The notes under the pieces: generated by a model
The model's input: the letters and a program-made list of their open reading frames with translations, nothing else
Database searches by the model: none
What the model was told of the DNA's origin: nothing
Shown here: piece by piece, positions 53,938 to 64,000 of the stretch
Position numbering within the stretch: the first letter of the stretch is position 1
How the letters are laid out: each line of letters opens with the position of its first letter
Position numbers and translations under genes: made by a program
Origin: Balamuthia mandrillaris
Lineage: Eukaryota
Direction: 5' to 3'
DNA length: 64,000 nucleotides
Assembly (NCBI GenBank): GCA_031835245.2
Contig: JAVKOQ020000013.1
Span: 1 to 64,000, forward strand

Positions 53938-54105
53938 TAAAGCGGCTCAATTGCTTTGATCGGTTACTGAAAGTTTCAAACCACCAATCAAAAATCAAAA
54001 CAGAGGCTTTATCTTACCATAAAAAGGCCATTTCTGTTGTCTTTTTCTTTGTCTCATCTCTAGCAGAGATCTTTCACGTCGACAAAAATTCGTTGCTCCG
54101 CTTTA
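53938..54105. mobile_element. MITE-like family A, copy 4 (tandem with copy 3)
   Basis: Same sequence, separated from copy 3 by C10. Confidence 0.78.
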
Positions 54106-54226
54106 CAAAAAATAAAACCTCTGTCAGGCTGGACTTGAACAGCAAGCACCGTGGGTGGAACCATCGCTAACCAGCATCCCCCCCCAAAACCCCACAAAAG
54201 ACCACCGCCGCACCCATTCCACCAAG

Positions 54227-56132
54227 ATGGAAACCCCACCTGCCCGCAAGAGAAGGCCTCCCCCCGTCCTGCAAAAGTCTGGCACCGAGATGTTTTTCGA
54301 ACACCTTAAGAAAGGGAGTTCCTCCGCTGAGACCGCTTTGCCCACCCGCGCCGCCGCTTCCTCCTCCACTTCCACCAGGCTGCACCACCACCAGCAAAGA
54401 GAAGGAACTGACCAAAGCGCAGAGGCAGCCATGGAAAAGCGGGCTACAGCAAGCCCCACCACCGAAGAGACGCAGCAGCAGCAGAGCACGACCGCGAAGA
54501 AGAAGAAAAAGGAGACGCAAAAAACAAAGAAGAAGCAGCAGCAGCAGAAGAAGGAGAAGGAGAAGAAGAAGGCAAAGGACCAACTCAGTCACTCCTCTTC
54601 TTCCGCTTCCAGTGGTGAGGACGAGGAGGAGGGCATGGAGCCTGTGGAGCCTACCAAAGAGGACCTCAAAAACGAGCTCAAGTCCCTCTCTGGCAAAGAC
54701 CAAGCCTGTCAGCTGATGGAGCTGATCAAGGCCTCCTCCTCCGCAAACGAATGTTTACTCTTTCTTGGCCTCTTCAATGAGTGTGCGGAGGAGGACTGGA
54801 AAAACTTCCAGCGAAAACAGAGCAGCACTCCTTCTTTCGTCATCCAGAACTTGCTCTCCCTTTTGTTGCAAAAGACACAGTCCGAAGTACAGAATGCGGA
54901 ACACTGGCAAGCCCAACACTCTCACGCCGAGCCTGGCCATGAAATTGTCGCTTCACTTCTCAATGCTATATCCCTGTATTCCCATTCAGGTTTGCTTTCT
55001 GTTTGATTGGTTTATCTTGCTGCCTTGTGTTTGTTTCTCCTTACTATATTATTCAGATGGTCATGTCTGAATGTGCTTCTTTTTTATTTCTCTCTTCTTG
55101 TTGTTGTTCTTGTTCTTGTTCTCGTGGCTTCACCCTCCATGTTTGTGTTGTTCTCTTATGTTCTGGTTCTTCTTCTTCTTCTTCTTCTTGTTCTTCTTCT
55201 TCTTGTTCTTCTTCTTCTTCTTCTTCTTCTTCTTCTTCTTCTTCTTCTTCTTCTTCTTCTTTAATTTTCTCCTTCGTCTAGACTTATCTGGGGTTTTGGT
55301 ATTAACTTGCCATCTATTACGCATTAAACAATAATACCTTATAAGATCTGAGCAAAGAAACCATCATAGAAAAAGGAGGCGTTCCTGTGCTTCTCAGATG
55401 CATGAAGCACTATCCCACAAATATGGCGGTACAACGGAATGTGGCTGCTATACTGCTTAATCTTTCAATAATGGGTACGTTACTTCTTTGTTTTTTATTG
55501 CCAGATTTCTGTAGCTACGGTTTAAATGAAATATGTGCACAACCAACAAAAAGGTGCGAAGGAGGTTATACAACACGAGCCAGGTATTCAGGTCATACTC
55601 GAGAGCATGCGTAACCACACAGATGACTTCTTCATTCAGCTGCGGCTGTGCGCAGTTTTGCGCAACCTTATGGTTCGCCATGGTCAGTTGTAACTTTCTG
55701 TGTGGTATTCATTGATACTTTGTTTGCTAAACGACACAGCAGCGGATCATAGGAGACAGATAGTAGAACAAGGGGGTGTTGCTATGGTGGTAGCTTCTAT
55801 GGCCGCTCACATTGACAACAGTAACATGCAAGAGAATGCTTGTATAGCCCTCCGTACCATGCTCCATGAAGGTATTCATTTGGGCCTTTGCTAACCAGAT
55901 TCGTTATATATTGTGATAACATCCTTTTTTGAATAGCTGGCCCGGATGATAAGCTGCAAAAGGAGGGTGTTATGGAAGCGACCCGTGCTGCACATCAGCG
56001 CTATCCTGAGAATGAATGGATCAATGAAATTATGCAACACTTTCATGGCATGGTACTTATGGGCTTACTTCCAATGACTATCGTCTCCTGACACCAACTC
56101 ACTTACAACCATCATTGCAGGTTTTGTGTTGA
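54227..56132 (+). CDS. Armadillo-like repeat protein with low-complexity N-terminus, multi-exon; end approximate
   Basis: IIEKGGVPVLLRCMKHYPTNMAVQRNVAAILLNLS and IVEQGGVAMVVASMAAHIDNSNMQENACIALRTM are ARM-type repeats. Confidence 0.7.
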
Positions 56133-56214
56133 CACCATGCGCTAAACTCGTGTAATATAGTTAAAATACAAAACAAAGCTTAAGAAAAGACAAGTACTAG
56201 AGAGAGCTTCGTGT

Positions 56215-59075
56215 TTAACAAGAAGAGGACGTTTTAGCCAAGATTACAACATAGTTGGCTGGAAAACGTCCTTGTTGGGGGGCAGCAACAGCTTCATCTG
56301 TAACTCTGTAGCCATGGTACCATTGGCCATGGTCAAGAGCTTGCGTAATTGTGAGTACATCACCAGGTTTTAGGAGCAGCTCGTCCTCATTCTCTGGCTC
56401 AAAAGGGAAGATGGCCTGGCAGCGGTATCCTGACAACTCTTCCGGCAACGGTGTCTCTTGCAGAGGGGTTGCGGGAAGCAAACCTTGTACTTGGCCCTCC
56501 TTGTGGTGGTGGTGATGGCGATGGTGTTTACTGCCGTCATCCCCTTCCTCCTCTGTTTGGTGTTGGTCAGCGCCATCGGGGGAGAAGGAAGGATTGGGAA
56601 GCCATAGCTCATGAACCCAGCCAGGAGAGCCGCCAGGGAATATGCCAACCACTCCCTCCTTTTCGCCAAGCCACCATCCGGAGGGGTCTTTATCCAGTAC
56701 TTGTATGATATCACCAGCCCGAAAGACCAGGTATCTCTCCTGTTGAGGAGAGGAAGGCGGTCCTTCGTAGTCGTGCAAAGCCACGGCGATGCTCATCATG
56801 GCTGGCAGATTCGCTGCTCCCTCCTCCTCGCCTGTTTTGGTCATTCAGTCAGCTAACGCTCAGACAGAAAGGCGTTGTGTAAAACATGGAGGAGAGGGGC
56901 AGAAAAGAACGTACTGTCGATAGCGTTTTCATCGTCTTGTAGGTGGCCAGACGAAGACGTGCCGCCTCTGTGTTTCTTGTCGGCGTCGTCTCTGTCAAAG
57001 AGCCTATCCAGGCTGCTTTTGCGCCCGTGGTTGCGCAGACTCTTTTTGCGAGGAGCGGCAGAAGAGGGGTGGCGCTGTGTGGCATACATTTTGGCCCTGC
57101 CGCTCTCTCTCTCTCTCTGGGGCTCTCCACACGGGAGCCTGACAAGCGGCCAAGCGTCTCGCGCTCCCTGCTACCAGCCCTATCTTTGCTGCTGGAGATG
57201 ATGCTGCTGGTGGTACTGCTGCGTTCCCTTTCCTTGTTTCTGTCTCTTGGGTCCTTATCTTGGTCTCGCTCTCCATCTCTGTCCTTGTCGCTTCTCGGTC
57301 TGTCATTGGCACGATGCCGCTCACGTTCGGTGGAGTCCTTTCGGTACGCGTGACTGCCACTCTCCTTGCGCCTACCTTTTCCTCTATCGGAGAAGTCAGT
57401 CTCGCTTCTTTCCCTGCTACCGGTATCTCTGCGGCCACTCTCATCCCTTGGTGTATGTTTTGCTAGCTCAATGGTGCTGCTGGCTCCAGATGAGTCATCC
57501 CTCTCACTCTCAGAGCTTTCATCCTCCGGAGCGTCAGAGTGGTGATCACCACGCGCTTTGAGGGTGCCCTTTCGTCCTTTTCTGTAGGAAAAAGAGCCCT
57601 TCCTTAGATTGCCAGAGGATGTTTGTCCCCCACTTGGCAATCGTTGCTGCGTCGAACCCTCCTGCCCCAGTGACGAAGACGATGAAGCTGACTGAAGACT
57701 CGGCGACAGATGGCTACCACTACTGCTCTCCAATGTTGAGAAGGAGTGCAGGGATGGAAGTGGTGCTGGTGGGCCACGACATTTACCCAGCTGAGTATTT
57801 GCATAGGCATAAGAACGGCAGAAAGAGCAAGAGAAGGGAGAGATAGAGAGAACAAAGAGATAATCCAACCTCGGGGTCATACGGCTCATATTCAACAAGT
57901 CTAGGCTTTATCTTGCTGCTGATATTAGCGATAATAAAGGCATAGATATCAGCCTCAGAGTCCATTTTCTCAGCCTGTACTTTCATCAGTTGGCATTTCT
58001 CGGAGACTATAGTAGGCAAGGACTGTTGCAGGGCCACCAATTTGGTCAGACAAGCTTTCATCAGGTCTAACCTCTTTTTGTCAAGCACTTGATATTCCTT
58101 CAAAGCAAAAGGGGGGGAAACAGGAATAAGCAGATGGTAAGATAGCGATAACGCCCTTTAAAAAGGAGATGTGAAAGGTTGCACCCCACCTCCAATATCT
58201 GTGGCATTTCGGTATTATACATTTTTTCCTGGGCCTGTTGCATGGCGGTTACAGCCTCTTTGTAAGCTGCATCAGCCTTTTCAGCCGCTTTGATGTCTTT
58301 TTGCAGCTTCTTTGCAGCCTTTAACCGGGGAAAGAAACTGAGTAAGAATCAAGTTGTGTTGGATGAGAACACGTTAATGAAACCCTTGCCTTCAACACAA
58401 CTTGGGCTGGTTGGTTGCTGACGTTCAGTTTCTCGTACTCTTCTTGGCTTTTGTCCTGCTGTTTCCTTGCCCTTTCGAAGTTGGCTTGAGCCTTTTCTTT
58501 TTTTTCGGTACAACCCTGGAGTTCTTTGGTAACAGCGGTCCCGTTTTGCTCAAGCTACATAAGGTGCATATGAGTCCCGGCCAAAATAAAATAAAACGAG
58601 TAAGAGAGTGTGAGTAAGTACTGTTTTTCTTTGAATCTTTTCGTCCCGAAGGAACGCCAAGATCTTTTCTCGAACGTCCTCAACCATTGCGTCCCCGAAT
58701 CCATTGTGCCACTTGGCTATCTCTTCCGTCTCTAGCATCATACATTTCCAAGCTTCATGAAGGGTGCTATATTGTTACAACCAAACATAAGAAAAAGTCA
58801 TGATGCCGTCTTGAAAGCTATACCCTGATTCGGCAGCAGGCACCGTTGTTACCAGTTTAATAAGCTTCTGAGCATAGTCTTTCTCAAGGGCAGCTCGCTT
58901 TTGCAAGAAGCCAGCTACCTCCGCCACGAAATCCTTGCCTTCCTCTGCCCGCTTGTTCACCAAAGGGAACTGATCCTGTGCATTTAAAAAAGTTTTGTCA
59001 AATACCGTGGAAGATCGGTTGGGTCTTGCGGCGCGATGAGGAGCAGCGTACCCAAAGGCTGCCGGCGACCGACAT
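56215..59075 (-). CDS. FCH/F-BAR protein with two C-terminal SH3 domains, multi-exon
   Basis: MSVAGSLW|DQFPLVNKRAEEGKDFVAEVAGFLQKRAALEKDYAQKLIKL is an FCH pattern. SH3s: AVALHDYEG..LVFRAGDII..GWWLG..GIFP and AIFPFEPENEDELLLKPGD..GRFPANYV. Confidence 0.88.
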
Positions 59076-59438
59076 GTCTTTTCCGCTCTCCTTCTTTTCT
59101 CCTCCCCCTTTTTTTTCTGTTGTTGTTGTTGGCGTTGAGGTTTGGGTGGGAGCTGCTGCAGGTAAGTGCACCAAGCGGCGGCCCTGGGGAGAACTTTTTA
59201 GGCAGGCCTGCTATAGTCATGTCGTCCTGACTAGGACAACAAGAAGAAACAAAGTCCGCGAGAGAGAGTGCAGAGAGAGAGAGAGAGGAGAAGGGGGAAG
59301 GGGGCATGCTGCAACGCACAACCACCAACTCCAGCTCTGTCCCTGCCGCCCCTGCCACCACCACCACCACCACCCCCAGCAGTGACGATTGCCGCAGTGG
59401 CAGCGGCTCAGCAGCAGTGGTGGACAGCTTGCTGCCCG

Positions 59439-60029
59439 ATGGGCCTCCGCCTCACCTATTACGCCGATGATGAGCGCGAGGAGGTGTTTACAGTGCTGCG
59501 CTTCAGAAAGGAGCTGCACGGCTTCTTCTCCATGCTGCACGGCGGCCTCTCCGCAGTGTTGGTGGATGAGGTGGCCTTTTGGACCATGTTCGACCGCTAT
59601 CGCTGCTTTGGCTTCACCTTGGACATGCAGCTCAAGTACTGCAAGCCCATCAAGCTATTCGAGCTCGAACAGGAAGAGGAGAAGGCGGAGGAAAAACAGA
59701 AAGAGTGTTCCCCCAAGCCCAGTTGCCCTAAGCAGGGTCCTAACGAGCCGTTCAGCGAGCGGCTGTTGGACCACCTCCACTACAACTACATCAAGGTGGT
59801 CGGAAAGCTGAACCAACAAAAGACAAAGCCGGGCGATAGGAAGATATACCTGGATGTACGGCTGGTGGACCGCAACGGCGACACCTGCGTGCTTGCTGAG
59901 GTTCTCTTCCTCATCGCGAACAAAGACACGGCAGAGCGGGTGCTCGGCCCTCAACTAGCGGCTTCTCTGCAAGAGTTTCTCTGCGACGACGCCCCGGTGG
60001 CGCGCACCCTCACCCCTGCTCGCCTTTGA
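59439..60029 (+). CDS. PaaI/THEM4-like hotdog-fold thioesterase; true start uncertain
   Basis: GLRLTY..HGFFSMLHGGLSAVLVDE..TLDMQLKYCKPI. Confidence 0.8.
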   Translation: MGLRLTYYADDEREEVFTVLRFRKELHGFFSMLHGGLSAVLVDEVAFWTMFDRYRCFGFTLDMQLKYCKPIKLFELEQEEEKAEEKQKECSPKPSCPKQGPNEPFSERLLDHLHYNYIKVVGKLNQQKTKPGDRKIYLDVRLVDRNGDTCVLAEVLFLIANKDTAERVLGPQLAASLQEFLCDDAPVARTLTPARL

Positions 60030-60306
60030 CGCCTCTTTTTTGAAAGAAAAAAAGAGAGGAAAGGTATGACCACCCGCTTGCTATGGAGCTTGCAAGGAGG
60101 GCCTCTCTATACCTCCAAACGCACGTCGACGAGGAGTCGAAGACCACCTTATAAACACCAGAAATGAAATAATTGTTTGGCCACCCCCTCCTCCTCCTGC
60201 TGCTGCTGCAAAGAGGAAAAGGGGAAGGAGGAGGCAGGCAGAAGAGGAAAAAAAAAAACAAAGGTGAAGACGCAGCAGCAGCAGCACGTACTCTCCCACT
60301 GAAAAA

Positions 60307-61526
60307 ATGAGCTCAGGGAGCAGGAGCAGCAGCGGCGGCGGAGGGGGCGGCAAGGAGAGAAAGAGGTTCAAGGGGCGGTACGTGGCCACGTTGACCCCCT
60401 TCAAGGAGGGGAAGAACGGTGCCCTGGCCCTGAACCTGGACGTGTTGGACCAGTACGCCGCCTCTTTGGTGGCGGACGGCGTGGAGGGTCTCTTCGTCAA
60501 CGGCACCAGCGGCGAGAGCATGTCTCTCACCGTCGAGGAAAGGATGCGCAGCCTAGAACGTTGGGCTGAGCTGGCCAAGAAATATAACCTCTCCCTCGTG
60601 GCTCACATCACTGCCCAATCGTTTAGTATTTTCCCTTTCTTATTGTCCCTCTTTCAACTCTTGATGACCAACACCTTCTCTCTCTCTCTCTCTCTCTCTT
60701 CTCGTGTTTTACATCCTAGTCTGGAGGACTCCAAGATGTTGGCAGCCCACGCGCAGGCCCAAGGTGTCGACGGTATTGCTGCCATGCCTCCTTCTTTCTT
60801 CAAGCCTCCAACATTGGCCCACCTCATAGACTACCTCGCTCAGGTCTGCCCTTCCTCCCCCTTCTCCTCCATCTTTATTTTATTTGTCCCTGTCTTTCTC
60901 ACAAGGGCTGTGCGGCGCAGGTTGGAGCGGCGGCTTCTCACACGCCGTTGCTCTACTACTATTTCCCAAGACTTACCGGCGTCAACTATCGCCTATGCGA
61001 TATCTTCAGAGCTGGCAAGGAAGTCATACCCACACTAGTCGGCGCCAAGTTCACTGGTCCGTTTTCATCCTTTGCATGTTCTCTCATCTCAATCACTTGC
61101 TATAACATTTAAAACATTATAGGAGAGGACTTGGGAGACTGCATATTGGCACTGGCAGAAGGAGACTTTGACGTGCTCCTGGGCAATGAGATGATGGTAC
61201 TGCCAGCCATGCACATAGGCGTGCAGGGCAGTGTGGCGCTTGCCTACAGCGTGTTTTGCCCAATGTTTGTCAAGCTGCAAAAGGCCTTTGAGGAGGGCCG
61301 CTATGAAGACGCAAAGCAGGAGCAGTTGCTCTGTGCTCGCATGTTCTCCGAAGTGAGCGCCCAGGGCAACCTGCCCAGTGCCTTTAAGGCTCTCCTCAAA
61401 CAGTTGAAAGGGCTGGACTTTGGTCCCATGCGCTGCCCTAATCACACGTACACTGAGGAAGAGACGCAAGCGCTAGTACAACGCTTGGCTGCGCTTGGTC
61501 TTGATACCTCTTCTGCTGCGCACTAA
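60307..61526 (+). CDS. N-acetylneuraminate lyase-like protein (DHDPS/NAL family), multi-exon
   Basis: LTPF, GLFVNGTSGE..LTVEER, IAAMPPSFFKP, LLYYYFP..TGV, and the Schiff-base Lys in LVGAKFT. Confidence 0.85.
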
Positions 61527-61612
61527 AAGGAACAGACTCTTTTTTTTTTAAAAAAAAAGAAGAAAGGTACTTTATAAGTTGCAGTGTTTTTGTGTGGTTG
61601 CCTCTTGTCTAG

Positions 61613-64000
61613 TTAATTTTCCATGCCAGAAAACGATGGCGGCGGCAGTGGCGGTGGCTGCTGTTGCTGTTGGTTGAAGACAGCAAACTCGTTGGAATAT
61701 ATTTCGTAGAGTTCTCTTATCTCGTTTGTCTGTCATTGCAGAACATTACATGTTAGAGGCTGTAAGCAAAGAACCAAAGGAAAAAAAAGGCAAAGACAAA
61801 GACGCACAAAACGAGAAGTGAAGCTATAGCGTTCTGGCTTATAGAGATCTCCAATAACGAGGGTAAAGCCACCACTTGATGGAGTGAAATGCATATCTGA
61901 GTAAGGGAATGTAGCCATCGCCTCCTATTGAACGCAACGCGATTATTCGCATGCAAAGATGATAGCGGAGAGAGAATACAATACCGTGCCATGAACATCA
62001 TAAATGCGAATATTTTCAAAGTTAATAACGAGCCAAGCCTTGCTAGTAAATTTGGCATCTTTGGTCTGCACAGCAACAAAAACAAACCAAGCATTGAGTA
62101 AAGCACAGCCTAAAGCGTTCAGATGAATGAAGATAACGAACCTGAACAGGGAATGCACAGGTGCCATAAACAGTAAGCTTCATAAAGAGCCGCATGTAAT
62201 GCTCTTTGGCAGCTTGGCCAACAAAGCCCGTAGTCTCAAAAATAAAATCACCCATAACGGCTATCCACTCTTCACGCTTTAGCATCGGTCTCATGTGACT
62301 TGGTAAATAATCTAGTATGTTATTTCTACATTGCAAGCAGTTACCAGTGATTAGTAAACAGAATCAGGAGGGAAGGGTTGTGAAAGAAACGTGAGATACG
62401 AACACGTTCAGCTGCTTTGGGCCAAGTTTGATGTTACCAAGGAGAGCAGCAAAGCGGCAGCCTTCCTCAATGGTGATCGGAATTCTGCTGTGCAGCACGT
62501 CGTCAATGCACTGATTCAATATCAAGTTGAATGCTGCGCTGTCCTGGATGAGGTCCTCTTCATTGAACTCGTCCAACCAAAGCTTTTTCTTGAGAGTAAA
62601 GCACGGCCGCATTTCTGATTGTTCGTCAGTGATAAAGTGGTTTTTCTTCAATGTCTTCTTGGATTCCTTGTTGTAGCGTGGGTGTGTGGATTCTGCCTGC
62701 GCCATCACATCGCACACTTTCACATCAGAGCAGATGGGATAACAACCTTTTTGACCAGAAAAGCGAGAGAGAGAAAGAGAGTTGGTTCAGTATAGAGTTG
62801 TCTAGGTGGGCAGAGAAAAGAGGGTGTACCAGCAGTGCTGTTTGTGAAGAGGCCCCACCCCTCCAACATCTGTTGACTGAGGCCAAGCTTCGACGTAAAT
62901 TCAAGCACAACATTGCCAACGAGGGCATGGCTAGTCGTGTGAATGGCCTTAACTGTGCCGTCGCTAAGCATGGCACGCAGTACAATAGGACTGCTATCCT
63001 CCATGGCCTTGACCTCGGGCGCGCTGGGAGCCCACTCCCTGTCTCCGTGTTGTCGGGTTTCTTTAAGGTTGTCCATTGCAAGCTCCGCGCTAATTAGCAT
63101 TTGAACACGTCATAATAGTGAGCTAACTGTCTATCTTCAAGCATACAATAAAACAAAAAAAGAAAAGAAAAGAAAATGATAAGTACAGAGTAGCAATTGG
63201 TGCAGCATCTTCCTTCTTCTCGTCCAAAAATTGTTCCAGATAAGGCATAAATGTGTCAGAGGGAGAAAAAATGCTAGTGCAGAGCGCCAGTAACTTCATT
63301 CCCTTCTTACAGCTTTCACTAATTAGAGGTGTGGGAGATGAACCATCAGTAATGCGGGAAGTTGACGGACACCCTCAAAGACTATAATAATGAGAATGTC
63401 AAACAACAACAGCAACAACACACGTACGTCCTAGGATTCTTTGTAGTTTGCTTGCATATCTGACAGTAGAGCTCGTCTTTGAGGGCATCTTCATCAAGGG
63501 CAGCTTGGATTATCTCTTGGATTATTTGCACCTTGGAGGATTTGCCTAGCGGAAAGTCATCCATTACCTTCATTACAGCTGATGACATTTTGATGCTCAG
63601 TCACTGATGCATAGTGGAGATTTGTTTCAAAGATGAGAATGGGAAAAAGTACATTGAAACATGGAAATGGCTATCTTGTTCAAGGAAGAGCTCTTGATTT
63701 CAGTGAGAGAATTTTTGATAGGACTCTGTTATGGAAGTGATGAGAGGTCTTTGTCATAGCAGAAGAAGAGCAAGAAGAATAAGTGTACCAAAGTTAGGCT
63801 AAGTTGGGATGATAGATCAACTCTAGCGGTTTTCTTGCGGAGAGTGCCAATGGACACCGTTTTTCGGAAGTGCAAGGCGGCCCAAGCAGCCATTGTATGT
63901 TGGCCTCCAGCACTTCCATAGCCAAAGCCACGGTCTTTCAGGATTTCCTTGGTGCCTGTATTATCATGGAGAGATTTAGGCCTAAACTAACAGTGAGCGG
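61613..64000 (-). CDS. MyTH4-FERM domain protein, 3' part (5' end outside window)
   Basis: LKDELYCQICKQTTKNP and APSAPEVKAM (MyTH4). FTLKKKLW, FNLILNQC..DV, YMRLFMKLTVYGTCAFPV and WLVINFENI (FERM lobes). Stop at 61613. Confidence 0.85.

Overview
Eukaryotic, intron-rich genomic DNA with short GT-AG introns and many microsatellites. The gene set looks protist/amoeboid-like, but that is inference only. From left to right: a complete ABCC/MRP transporter (-); a divergent AMMECR1-domain gene apparently spliced in frame to a TM segment and J-domain (-); a ~16 kb gene-free transposon island (three copies of one LINE family, a degenerate Ty3/gypsy split by a LINE with a 15-bp TSD, and satellites); a class-V PLP enzyme (-); a giant (~4,000 aa) secreted acidic hexapeptide-repeat protein ending in a LamG-like domain (+); a three-module glycosyltransferase (-); WDR55 (+); an ANK-C1-EF-hand-PIP kinase (-); an ARM-repeat gene (+); an F-BAR/2xSH3 gene (-); a hotdog thioesterase (+); an N-acetylneuraminate lyase-like gene (+); and the 3' part of a MyTH4-FERM gene (-). 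Intergenic spaces hold four copies of a ~167-bp TIR-bounded structured element, a second 33-bp-IR element, and two copies of a microsatellite-linked dispersed repeat. The most striking object is the giant beta-solenoid-like surface protein. Exon boundaries were read by eye and no database searches were run.
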